Sequence record: DRR723986_4811
Reading direction: 5' to 3' (one strand)
DNA length: 64,000 bases
Under the pieces are notes generated by a model. It saw nothing but the letters and a program-made list of their open reading frames with translations. It was not told the origin of the DNA and did not search any database. Shown here piece by piece: positions 1 to 9,078 of this stretch (the stretch's first letter is position 1; every line of letters begins with the position of its first letter). A program made the translations under genes and the position numbers.

Positions 1-29
1 CGGAGGTTCGAATCCTCTCATTCCGACCA
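1..29 (+). tRNA. tRNA 3' end (T-arm, acceptor stem, CCA), probably tRNA-Pro; truncated by the window start
   Basis: GGAGGTTCGAATCCTCT T-arm followed by CATTCCG-A-CCA; the ...CCGACCA end is typical of tRNA-Pro; the anticodon lies outside the window. Confidence 0.8.
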
Positions 30-36
30 AAAATCT

Positions 37-68
37 AAAAGGCCCAAGGTTTTAACTTGGGCCTTTTG
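37..68. terminator. Bidirectional intrinsic terminator between the tRNA and the convergent VIT1 gene
   Basis: AAAAGGCCCAAG-GTTTTAA-CTTGGGCCTTTT inverted repeat with A and T tails. Confidence 0.8.
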
Positions 69-100
69 TCTTTTTGGGTAGTTTTTCTGATCGATTGTCG

Positions 101-790
101 CTAAGCCGTCACCCCGAATAATGCACCTACTCCTGCTGTCAGGCCCATGGCCAATGCGCCCCAAAAGGTGACGCGTACCGCAGCGATTCCCATGGAGGAG
201 CCACCCGCTTGAGCGGCGAGTGCGCCCAACCCCGCAAGAAATACAAGAGAGCCGCCAGCGACACCCCACATCAAGCTTGTTGAGGGCAGCAAGAAGGCAA
301 CCAGCAATGGCAGGAGGGCGCCAGCAGCAAAAGTAGCTGCGGAAGCCAAGGCGGCTTGCACAGGCTTTGCTGCCAGTGCGTCTGACAAACCAAGCTCATC
401 GCGCGCGTGGGCTCCCAATGCGTCGTGTTCCATCAATTGGCTTGCAACCTGTTTGGCAAGATTTTCATCAAGCCCCCGCTCAACATAAATCGATGTCAAT
501 TCCGCATGCTCATGGTCGGGTTGATTGGCCAGTTCCGCGCGCTCACGTGCGAGGTCTGCTTTTTCTGTATCAGCTTGCGAACTCACTGATACATATTCCC
601 CTGCGGCCATCGACATGGCGCCAGCCACCAGGCCAGCCATACCTGCGACTAAAATCGCTTGTGAACCTGCACCAGTCGCCGCCACACCCAACACCAGACT
701 AGCGGTGGACACAATGCCATCATTGGCACCGAGTACTGCTGCGCGTAGCCAACCGGTGCGGTGACCTTTGTGTTTTTCAAGATGTCTCAT
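101..790 (-). CDS. VIT1/CCC1 family Fe/Mn transporter (nodulin-21-like)
   Basis: WLRAAVLGANDGIVS and AGAMSMAAGEYVSVSSQ signature motifs. Confidence 0.92.
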   Translation of the reverse strand: MRHLEKHKGHRTGWLRAAVLGANDGIVSTASLVLGVAATGAGSQAILVAGMAGLVAGAMSMAAGEYVSVSSQADTEKADLARERAELANQPDHEHAELTSIYVERGLDENLAKQVASQLMEHDALGAHARDELGLSDALAAKPVQAALASAATFAAGALLPLLVAFLLPSTSLMWGVAGGSLVFLAGLGALAAQAGGSSMGIAAVRVTFWGALAMGLTAGVGALFGVTA

Positions 791-791
791 T

Positions 792-1394
792 TCAAACCAG
801 CCTTACAATCACCCACATTAAAAACCCTACCACGCCAATGCCTGCAAGCCCGGTAACCATTCCCGCAATAATCGCCAGGCCGTCTCGCGCCATCAGCCCA
901 AGACCGATCAATATGAGGGCAACAGCGGGTGTGCCGTTGCCCCCGGGTATCGGCAGAAAAATGATGAAACCCATTGTGGCAATGAAGGGTACCAGCCAGC
1001 CTCGGTGCGTGGGACTACTCAGTGATTCCAGTCGAGGCGTGCAAATGCGGTCGGCTTTGGTGTATATCCAGTTCAAGATTTTGATCAATCTCGTGGCTGA
1101 TTCTTTGGACAGCTCTACGCGGCAAACCCGGTCGGGCAGGCCATGGCCACTGTTGTTGGTCCACATCATTCGGGCTACGGCCCATATGCCAAATGAAAAC
1201 AAAAAACCCGAGAACGGGATGGGTAGCAATGTGAGCACGGCGAGGAAAAGCAACAGTGCGCCGTGGGCAGACTCGCCATGCATGTCTGCGAGAAAACGCA
1301 CGGACACTTTGTCTTCATGTGGGTGTTCAACAGCCAGTTTGAGGCGTAGCAAAAGATCGTTCATGCAGGGCAGTATACCGATGCCATATGACAT
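792..1394 (-). CDS. ExoD-family membrane protein
   Basis: About 200 aa hydrophobic protein with LLPIP, PRL and LPIPGGN..P...LI...L..RDG motifs. Confidence 0.8.
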   Translation of the reverse strand: MSYGIGILPCMNDLLLRLKLAVEHPHEDKVSVRFLADMHGESAHGALLLFLAVLTLLPIPFSGFLFSFGIWAVARMMWTNNSGHGLPDRVCRVELSKESATRLIKILNWIYTKADRICTPRLESLSSPTHRGWLVPFIATMGFIIFLPIPGGNGTPAVALILIGLGLMARDGLAIIAGMVTGLAGIGVVGFLMWVIVRLV

Positions 1395-1397
1395 GGC

Positions 1398-2171
1398 TTA
1401 GCGATAGCCACCATCTGCCATTACCACCTGGCCCATCAAATAAGGCATCGTGAGCAAGTGCAAGGCGCATCGCGCCATTTCATCGGGTTCAGCCCAGCGT
1501 TTCATCCAGATTTTTGCAGATTCTTTTTCGCGCACATCGGGGGGCAGGGTGGCGTTCAGGTCGGTGTTGATCCAGCCTGGGGCCAGGCCGTTGATACAAA
1601 TTTGGTCTTCCGATAATTTTTCCGCGGCCACGCGCACAAACAGATTGTTGGCGGCCTTGGAAGCGTCATAGTGGGCCGAGACTGGGTCCCAGCTGTTGAT
1701 GCCATTGGTAGAGGTGACCAGTAGGATGCGCCCGCGAAAATCTCCATGTACGGGATTATTTTTCATCTGGAGTGCAGCGTACTTGGTAACCAAAAAGCTG
1801 CCAGTGGCATTGGTGTTTTGTACCTGGTCCCATTCGGTCTGGGTTTGGTCAAAAAATTCAGTATTTGGGGATATGCCTGCACTGTGAATCACATGGTCAA
1901 CAGCAATCCCTTCTTGTCCAATTGCATGGAAAAAAGCGGCGACAGAGGCCTCTTGCCCCACTTCGCACGGGAAGGCTTTGGCTTTCACATTTGGGTTGAT
2001 TAACTGGATTTGATGCAGCGCCGTCTGGGTTTTTTCTGGTTTGCGGCTGGCAGATACGATGACGTTTCCGCCTGATTTTGCTACTTCGAGTGCACAGGTG
2101 AGGCCAATACCGCTGGCGCCGCCGGTGATCACTGTCCAGGTATTGGAAAAATCAAAATGCGCTGCAGCCAT
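1398..2171 (-). CDS. SDR family oxidoreductase
   Basis: TGGASGIG Rossmann motif, YDASK catalytic motif, C-terminal ADGG. Confidence 0.9.
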   Translation of the reverse strand: MAAAHFDFSNTWTVITGGASGIGLTCALEVAKSGGNVIVSASRKPEKTQTALHQIQLINPNVKAKAFPCEVGQEASVAAFFHAIGQEGIAVDHVIHSAGISPNTEFFDQTQTEWDQVQNTNATGSFLVTKYAALQMKNNPVHGDFRGRILLVTSTNGINSWDPVSAHYDASKAANNLFVRVAAEKLSEDQICINGLAPGWINTDLNATLPPDVREKESAKIWMKRWAEPDEMARCALHLLTMPYLMGQVVMADGGYR

Positions 2172-2260
2172 GGTGTGCCCCCAGATGTTGTTGGTCTTTT
2201 AGTGTGGCACAGCGCTTCATTTTTGATGAGATCTAATTGAGGGTAAGTTTAGGTCTAGTT

Positions 2261-2956
2261 CTACACGTAACCTTTGACGCCCAGTTCGCGGCCCATTCCA
2301 CCAAACACACGCTCTGTGCCGTCTACCAATTCCTTCATGGGTTGTTTGAAGTCTGTGGCAATCCAGCTTTGACACAAATGAATAATCACACCCACTGCAC
2401 TTTTAGCCATTACCCTCAGTTCCTTGTCGGGAACCGTGGGACCGCTCAAAAACGGACGGGTAAATTGAAGCATGAGGTCAACAAAGTCGTCGTAGCGCTC
2501 CCCATACATATCACCCAGTTGCCCGCGGACGGTCATGGCTTCGATCAGAATCAAACGTGCTTTAACTGGGTTGCGTTTCACAAAGCCGAAACTTTCTTCA
2601 AGCCCGGCGCGCACCAGTTTGCGGGCGTCGCTTAGGTAGGGTGCTACTGCCGCCAGAATGGATTGCAGGTACTCCTGCGTAGCTGATTCATAGGAAGCAG
2701 TTAGCAGAACCTCTCGGCTGGAAAAGGCTTCATAAAAGTAGCGCTTGGTCAGTCCGGCTTGCGCACATATTGCGTCGATACTCACGGCGGCAAAACCTTG
2801 TTCGCCAAACAACTGGACGGCAGCATCCACAAGTGCCTTTTTGCGAGCTGCTTGGCGCTCTTCACCCGATTTGCCGCCGTAACTGCGCGGTGTTGCTTGA
2901 GGTGGAAGGGTGTTTTTTTGAGTACTCAAAGGCTTTTCTAAAGTATTTGACACCAA
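2261..2956 (-). CDS. TetR/AcrR family transcriptional regulator (start uncertain)
   Basis: AAVQLFGEQGFAAVSIDAICAQAGLTKRYFYEAF helix-turn-helix. Confidence 0.92.
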   Translation of the reverse strand: MVSNTLEKPLSTQKNTLPPQATPRSYGGKSGEERQAARKKALVDAAVQLFGEQGFAAVSIDAICAQAGLTKRYFYEAFSSREVLLTASYESATQEYLQSILAAVAPYLSDARKLVRAGLEESFGFVKRNPVKARLILIEAMTVRGQLGDMYGERYDDFVDLMLQFTRPFLSGPTVPDKELRVMAKSAVGVIIHLCQSWIATDFKQPMKELVDGTERVFGGMGRELGVKGYV

Positions 2957-2965
2957 ATCGTATCA
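2948..2965. promoter_or_regulatory. Putative TetR operator 1 (TGACAC-N6-GTATCA)
   Basis: Imperfect palindrome TGACACCAAATCGTATCA, nearly the reverse complement of the site at 2989-3006, between divergent genes. Confidence 0.65.
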
Positions 2966-2988
2966 CATTTATTCTGGTATTGAAATTC

Positions 2989-3006
2989 TGATACTGATTG
3001 GTGTCA
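2989..3006. promoter_or_regulatory. Putative TetR operator 2 (TGATAC-N6-GTGTCA)
   Basis: Imperfect palindrome TGATACTGATTGGTGTCA. Confidence 0.65.
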
Positions 3007-3066
3007 CTTTAAAAGCTTGCTCAATTTACCCAATCAATTCGCCCAATCAATTTTTGGCTGTTCGCA

Positions 3067-4431
3067 ATGAAATTTTCTTTTTTGAATGGCTTTACTTTGG
3101 CTAATACGCTGTTATTGGCGGCCTGCGGTGGGGAGTCTTCGAACAGCCCAGGCAGTGCGACAAGGTCTATTCAGGCAAGTAGCGCGGAATTTTGTACGGC
3201 CGTACAAGGCAAGACACGAATGGGGCGGGTGGTAACCTCTTGGAAAACAGCGCCAACCGATGCCTTGATTACTCACCCGATTAGCGGGCTGACGGTGCGG
3301 CAATCATTTGCGCCGCATTGGGCGGGCAATGTGGTACGGCTGCGTTTGAGTAACCGCTATTCAAGCTTGCCGGTTACATTCACCAACGTTCATTTGGCAG
3401 AGGAATCTTCACCTGGTAGCGCAAACATGGTGCCCAACACAGCATGCAGGCTTGCATTCAACGGCCAGCCCAGCGTGACTTTGCAGGCTGGTGAAACGGT
3501 GGTGAGTGACTGGATGGCTTACCCGGTCGATGCTTTCAAACGAGTAGGGGTTAGCTTTTATGCGCCAGGCCTAACGCCGCAAGTAACCCGCCATTTGAAT
3601 GCGAACGAGGTGCTTTATCTCAGCCTGCCCGGTGATTATTCGGCCAGTGCAAGTGGCAGCATGTTTGTGCCTGCGCCTGAAGGTTACACCGCCAACTTTT
3701 TGGTCATCGAAGCCTTGGAGGTGTTGGCCCCAAACAATGTACTCGCTGTGGTGGCAGTGGGCGATTCAATCACCGATGGGTCTGATTCAACCACGGCTTT
3801 TTTAAGCGGCAAGGGCTCGCCTTTGGTGGCCACCGATCAGCGATACCCCAACCATTTGCAGCGCAGGTTTCTTCAGGCCGGTATGCCTTTCACGGTGGCC
3901 AATGCGGGTATTGGTGGCAACGAATTGCTGCGCGACGGTTGGCTACCGCAGTTTGGAAAAGCGCTTTTGACGCGTTTTGATGCGGATGTCCTTCAAACCG
4001 AAGGGGTAAGTCATGTGTTGGTGTTGATAGGCACCAACGACTTCGGGAACCCCAAGCCGGGGCAAGCGCCTACATCTGAAGCACTGATTGCGGGGTACAA
4101 AGAATTGATTGCCAAGGCCAAGAATGCGGGTCTGAAAGTGATTCTGGGCACCATTCCGCCCGCCGAAGGAACCGTAACAGAACTGATTCCCGTGTTGCAT
4201 GGCACCGCTGCTGCAAGGGTTGCGCGTGATGAAGCCAACGCCTGGATAAGAAGCCAGACCATGAGTGACGGTGTGGTGGACTTTGAAGAATGTCTGGAGG
4301 ATAAGAACCGCAAAGGCTTCTTGGCACCGGAATACAACAGCGGTGACAACCTGCACCCCAATCCTGCAGGTTATGCCGCGATGGCCGAGTGCGTGAATTT
4401 GAATCTGTTCAAGAATGAATCTGAGAGATAA
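3067..4431 (+). CDS. SGNH/GDSL hydrolase lipoprotein
   Basis: Lipobox LLAAC; GDSITDG, NAGIGGN, GTND and DNLHPN blocks. Confidence 0.9.
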   Translation: MKFSFLNGFTLANTLLLAACGGESSNSPGSATRSIQASSAEFCTAVQGKTRMGRVVTSWKTAPTDALITHPISGLTVRQSFAPHWAGNVVRLRLSNRYSSLPVTFTNVHLAEESSPGSANMVPNTACRLAFNGQPSVTLQAGETVVSDWMAYPVDAFKRVGVSFYAPGLTPQVTRHLNANEVLYLSLPGDYSASASGSMFVPAPEGYTANFLVIEALEVLAPNNVLAVVAVGDSITDGSDSTTAFLSGKGSPLVATDQRYPNHLQRRFLQAGMPFTVANAGIGGNELLRDGWLPQFGKALLTRFDADVLQTEGVSHVLVLIGTNDFGNPKPGQAPTSEALIAGYKELIAKAKNAGLKVILGTIPPAEGTVTELIPVLHGTAAARVARDEANAWIRSQTMSDGVVDFEECLEDKNRKGFLAPEYNSGDNLHPNPAGYAAMAECVNLNLFKNESER

Positions 4432-4433
4432 GC

Positions 4434-6752
4434 ATGAGCACCTTGTTTGAAAGCAGTATTCGTTTTGTCAGGTTTGTGGCAATCGCGGGCTTGATATCGG
4501 GTCTTTTGGCTGGCTGCCTGGGCAGCGATCACAGCACAGCCACGAGCAACGCTACAGCCGTCTCCGACAGTTCGGTACAGCCTGCTGAAGTGGACCTGGG
4601 CGAGCAAACGATTGCCATGCGCAATTCCAACGGCCGTGTGGAGGTTTTAAGAAACCCGTTGAGGATTCGGTTTTTTAACGCGGCTGGCGAGTTGGTGCTT
4701 GAGCAAGTGACCGGCAACGGTGGACCCCTTTCCCTGGGTGCATCAATTGATGAACCACTGGGTAGCGACTACGTGCCGCGCATGTTGCTGAATGCACCTT
4801 TCAGCTACATGGTGGGGGCTGAATTGGCTCCCCAGCTGCGGGCTACACCTTGGGTGGGCAATTACCTGACCCAGGCTTTGGTGGGTATCCAATACCACGG
4901 CACTGAAGTGCTCGAGGCCAAGGAAACATCCACAGGCGTTGAACTGACGATTGCCACCAACGACCCGACGGGGCGAGTAATCGATTTGGAAATAAAGCCA
5001 ACGGACAACAACAGCTTTGAATTACGCATGGCGGTGAACCCAGCCCAAGGGGTGGTCATGGTGGCCGACAGTTTTGTGCTGAAACAAGAAGAGTCGTTTT
5101 ATGGTTTTGGTGGTCGCCACAATGCAGTGAACCAGCGCGGCAATTTGCTGACCAATTTTATTCAGGCACAGAACATCGGCGCTGGCCCCTTGGCACTTGT
5201 GGCCAATACTGCGTCGGGACAAGGTGAGGGATACATGTTCCCCTCCGGCCCGGATGCGGCCTATTACATTTCAACCGCCTTTGCTTCATCGGGTGGCTAT
5301 GGCTTCATGCTCGACAGTACGCGGCCCTCGCGCTATGACTTGGGCGCCTCTAACCCGCAAGCCTGGCAGGTGAATGTATCAGGCACAGAAATGAGCTATT
5401 TGGTCGCGCCCGGTGGCGAGAAACAGGCGCTACAGAGTTTGTCGGGTTTGCAGGGTCGACACCGTGTGCCCTTGCAGGCTGACCTTGGCCCCACCTTGTC
5501 GCGTGCGGTGCGGGTGTTGTCGGCACAAGCGGATGACACTGCCAGTTACGAGGCAAAAATTTGGGACGACATTGCGCAAATGGACGCGTTCAAACTGCCT
5601 GTAAAAGGTTACGTGTTTGAGGGTTGGGAAATTTTGCCGCGCGAAACTAGTAAAACAATTATTGAAGCTTTGCACAATCGCAATATTCGTGCTTATTTGT
5701 ACATTCGAAATTATGTGGGTATCGATGTGGCCAACACCGAACGGCCCGAAACCTTTACCGAGGCTTTGCAAGAAGGATATGTGGTCAAAGACGCTGCAGG
5801 CTTGCCTTACCTGTTTGGTACACCATTTGGCGGCTTGGGTGCTGCAATCGATTTTACAAACCCCGAGGCGATTGCGTGGTGGGAAGGTCGCATTCGGGAG
5901 ATGATTGAGGAGCTGGGTGCAGACGGATTCATGCAGGACTTTGGCGAACATATCGCGCTGGACATGTATTTTTTCGATGGCAGTACTGGCGAGACCATGC
6001 ACAACCATTACCCCACAGTGTTTCACCAAACCACGCGGAAAATCATTGACGACATTGAGCGTGTAACCGGGCGTCACATATTCTTCTGGACGCGTGCGGG
6101 CTATTCCGGGCGTCAAGGTAGTTCGGGTTTCGAGTCGTCCAATTTTCCTGGGGATGAAACCAGCGATTGGTCGCGTGCATCGGGCATTGCCTCCTTAACC
6201 ACCGATATGCTTAGCCGTGGTGCAACGGGTTCCTACGGCTACAACACGGACATTGGCGGCTACTTCGATTTTCACACAGGCCCGGCCGATGCCGAGCTGT
6301 ATACGCGCTGGTCGTTCTGGGCAGCCTTGTCGCCAGTATTTCGCGTGCACAATTCTTCAAGCAATGGCGTACGCATGCCTTGGTTTTATGGTGAAGAAAC
6401 ATTGGCACACTGGCGCAAGGCGGCGGAGTTGCATTTGAAAGCAGCACCATTGATTATCAAATTGTGGGACGAGGCGCAATCGACGGGCGTTCCACCCGTG
6501 CGGGCCTTGTGGGTGGAATACCCCAAAGATGAACGCGCCAGGCAGGAAGACCAGCAATGGATGTTGGGTCGAGATGTGTTGGTGGCTCCGGTGGTGGTGC
6601 AGGGGGCCACCACACGCGATGTTTATCTGCCGCAAGGTTGCTGGAAGCATGTTGACACCGGCACGCAGTTTGAAGGGCCACGAGATATTACGGTGCCTGC
6701 GCCGATTGATTCACTGCCTTACTTTTTCAAATGCGGAACAAACCCTTTCTGA
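4434..6752 (+). CDS. Glycoside hydrolase family 31 lipoprotein
   Basis: Lipobox LLAGC; GFMQDFGE nucleophile motif, GDE..DWS acid/base region, DIGGY, ELYTRW, FRVH, LVAPV. Confidence 0.88.
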   Translation: MSTLFESSIRFVRFVAIAGLISGLLAGCLGSDHSTATSNATAVSDSSVQPAEVDLGEQTIAMRNSNGRVEVLRNPLRIRFFNAAGELVLEQVTGNGGPLSLGASIDEPLGSDYVPRMLLNAPFSYMVGAELAPQLRATPWVGNYLTQALVGIQYHGTEVLEAKETSTGVELTIATNDPTGRVIDLEIKPTDNNSFELRMAVNPAQGVVMVADSFVLKQEESFYGFGGRHNAVNQRGNLLTNFIQAQNIGAGPLALVANTASGQGEGYMFPSGPDAAYYISTAFASSGGYGFMLDSTRPSRYDLGASNPQAWQVNVSGTEMSYLVAPGGEKQALQSLSGLQGRHRVPLQADLGPTLSRAVRVLSAQADDTASYEAKIWDDIAQMDAFKLPVKGYVFEGWEILPRETSKTIIEALHNRNIRAYLYIRNYVGIDVANTERPETFTEALQEGYVVKDAAGLPYLFGTPFGGLGAAIDFTNPEAIAWWEGRIREMIEELGADGFMQDFGEHIALDMYFFDGSTGETMHNHYPTVFHQTTRKIIDDIERVTGRHIFFWTRAGYSGRQGSSGFESSNFPGDETSDWSRASGIASLTTDMLSRGATGSYGYNTDIGGYFDFHTGPADAELYTRWSFWAALSPVFRVHNSSSNGVRMPWFYGEETLAHWRKAAELHLKAAPLIIKLWDEAQSTGVPPVRALWVEYPKDERARQEDQQWMLGRDVLVAPVVVQGATTRDVYLPQGCWKHVDTGTQFEGPRDITVPAPIDSLPYFFKCGTNPF

Positions 6753-6852
6753 GAAGAATTCGCTAATTCAATTGCAGCAACGATTAGAATCGGGTGATGA
6801 TTGTGACCTGCCGTTAAGCAAAGGCATTGCTTCCATTGGATGAATTGAATTC

Positions 6853-8304
6853 ATGAAACCGACCGTGTTGTTGACAGGGGTGATGGGTTTTACTTTGTGG
6901 GCCGCCCTGATGTTGGTGCTGGCTTATCCGCATGACTGGGTCTCGCTTGCCAACGCGCCAGTGTTACTTATTCTGGTCTCATCGATATACTCCTTGTTGT
7001 TGCCCTTGTCACTTTCACTTGCACTCAGTGCGCTTGCAGTGCTCATGTTCAACTACCAAATGGTGCCACCTGTGCACACGTTGCATGTTGACCTTCACGA
7101 GCATGGTATTTTGCTGATCACCATGATGGGCGTGTCGTGGCTGATTACCTATTTGTTACGTCGGCAAAAGCAGATTGCAGCGCTTGAACGGCAGCAGGCG
7201 CAACGCACTTTGCAGTTGATGCAGTGGAGCGAAAAACTGCGCGAGGTTGATAACCCGCAACATCTACTTACAGATTTACACCAATTGTTGCTCGGTCTGG
7301 CCGAGGGCGCTACCCGAGTATTGATTGGGTTTACTTCCCATGAGCTTGAATTGCTGAACCCTACGCAAATGAAAGCGTTTGATGCCTGCCTGCAAGAGAA
7401 CAAGGCGCTTGGCCGTAGTACCGGGCGATATGACAATCTGGAAGATCTGTATTTGCCCATGCGTGGAAAATCGAAAGCGTATGGGGTATGCGTGTGCATG
7501 GGCACTGATATTGATTTTAACGAGGCCGTGTGGGTTCGCGATGCTCAGGCCCTGCTTGATCAAATGGGCCTGGCCTGCGATCGACGAGACAATGCGTTGC
7601 GTGCCCAAAGTGCGCGAGAATCGGCACAAACACAGAAAACCCGCAGTCTTTTCTTAACTTCAATTGCACATGATCAGCGAACGCCGCTGGCCAGCATCAT
7701 GACCTCCGCGTCGGCGATTCTTGACCAGACCGATCGCTTGAGCCAAGACGAGATTCGGCATTACGCCGAATTGATTCAAGAGGAAACCCAGCAGGTTGCA
7801 CGCCTGACCGACAACACACTGACCTTGGCACGGTTAAGTGGTGAACAGGTGCAGGTACCCATGCAACTTGAATCGGTTGAGGACATGGTGGCAGCTGTGC
7901 TGCAACGCCTGAGAAAACGAAAAGCCATGTATTTACCCACTGTGAAAGTTGCTTCGGGCTTGCCGCTGCTGAATTGCAACATGGTGTTGGTGGAGCAGGT
8001 GCTGGACAATTTGATTGACAATGCAATCAAACATTCGGGTGCACCTGGTTCAGTTGAACTAAATGTTTTGCAACAGCAAGGTGAGGTGGTGTTTCGTGTC
8101 GCCGATCGTGGGCAAGGTATGCAGAGCCAACTCAAATCGCAGGGTGATGAATCCAGGGGCTTGGGTATTGGTTTGCAGTTGTGTAAGGCGGTAGCGCAAG
8201 TTCATTGCGGGCGTCTGGAGTTTTCATCAGACGCAAAGACAGGTCAGGGTGTCATTGCTTCTTTCGCTTTGCCAATGAATACTTCGCAGGAATATGGTAC
8301 ATGA
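6853..8304 (+). CDS. KdpD-like sensor histidine kinase lacking the N-terminal KdpD/Usp domains
   Basis: N-terminal DUF4118-like 4-TM region (FNYQMVPPVHTL), GAF-like segment, H-box HDQRTPL, NLIDNAIKH, DRGQG, GLGIGL. Confidence 0.82.
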   Translation: MKPTVLLTGVMGFTLWAALMLVLAYPHDWVSLANAPVLLILVSSIYSLLLPLSLSLALSALAVLMFNYQMVPPVHTLHVDLHEHGILLITMMGVSWLITYLLRRQKQIAALERQQAQRTLQLMQWSEKLREVDNPQHLLTDLHQLLLGLAEGATRVLIGFTSHELELLNPTQMKAFDACLQENKALGRSTGRYDNLEDLYLPMRGKSKAYGVCVCMGTDIDFNEAVWVRDAQALLDQMGLACDRRDNALRAQSARESAQTQKTRSLFLTSIAHDQRTPLASIMTSASAILDQTDRLSQDEIRHYAELIQEETQQVARLTDNTLTLARLSGEQVQVPMQLESVEDMVAAVLQRLRKRKAMYLPTVKVASGLPLLNCNMVLVEQVLDNLIDNAIKHSGAPGSVELNVLQQQGEVVFRVADRGQGMQSQLKSQGDESRGLGIGLQLCKAVAQVHCGRLEFSSDAKTGQGVIASFALPMNTSQEYGT

Positions 8305-9002
8305 GCATCCGTATTTTGTTGATTGAAGACGACCGGGAATTGGGTAAAGCCCTGCGCAACAGTTTGAGCACAGAAGGGCATTCAGTGGTCACAGCGGCCA
8401 GCTTGTCAGAAGCCAAGGCCTTGTTGGCGAATCAGCCTTCGGGCCAGGCGTTTGATTTGTATTTGCTCGATTTGGGTTTGCCCGATGGTGATGGAAAAAG
8501 TTTTCTGGAGTTGGCCCGAAGGGAAGGTAATGCGCCCGTGATTGTGATTTCGGCGCGCCCGAATGAGGGCAGCAAAATTGAGTTGCTTGACGCTGGTGCT
8601 GATGATTACTTGGTGAAGCCATTCAGCGTGGGGGAGCTCCTGGCGCGGATCCGGGTGGCCTTGCGCCACCGAGGTAATTTGGCGCAGCCAGCCACTTTGT
8701 TGTATCAGCGTGATGGCTTGAACATTGATTTGCTCAAGCGTGAAATCACATTGAATGGTGTTGAGGTTAAATTGACTCCCACCGAGTATGAACTGCTGGC
8801 GCGTCTGGTGCGAAGTGCTGGTCAGGCGGTGAGTCATCGTCAATTGCTCGCAGATGTATGGGGTCCTGAGTATTTGGAGCACACACAATACACCCGCCTG
8901 TATGTGGGCCAGCTGCGCGCAAAAATCGAGAAAAATCCGGCAGATCCCCATTTTATTTTGACGGAAACCGGTGTGGGTTACCGCATGTTGGCGGGCATCT
9001 AG
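8301..9002 (+). CDS. kdpE: KdpE-like OmpR family response regulator
   Basis: LLDLGLPDGDG, GADDYLVKPF, YTRLYVGQLRAKIE..P..P..ILTETGVGYR; its ATG overlaps the kinase stop (ATGA). Confidence 0.85.
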   Translation: MSIRILLIEDDRELGKALRNSLSTEGHSVVTAASLSEAKALLANQPSGQAFDLYLLDLGLPDGDGKSFLELARREGNAPVIVISARPNEGSKIELLDAGADDYLVKPFSVGELLARIRVALRHRGNLAQPATLLYQRDGLNIDLLKREITLNGVEVKLTPTEYELLARLVRSAGQAVSHRQLLADVWGPEYLEHTQYTRLYVGQLRAKIEKNPADPHFILTETGVGYRMLAGI

Positions 9003-9019
9003 ATTGCCACTCAGGTTTA

Positions 9020-9036
9020 CTTATAACATCCTTACA
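9020..9036 (+). promoter_or_regulatory. Putative KdpE-type binding site upstream of kup
   Basis: CTTATA-ACATC-CTTACA, the same 6-5-6 direct-repeat layout as the E. coli KdpE site TTTATA-N5-TTTACA. Confidence 0.5.
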
Positions 9037-9078
9037 TGTTGCAGCGCATGATGCAGTCTGTTTATACAGTGCAAGTGC

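Noticed and set aside
1-6752. An island inserted at tRNA-Pro
   Set aside because: No integrase, transposase or att repeat is visible, and the tRNA is followed directly by its terminator.
9058-9069. SOS-box-like CTGTTTATACAG upstream of kup
   Set aside because: The spacing is CTG-N6-CAG rather than the required CTG-N10-CAG.
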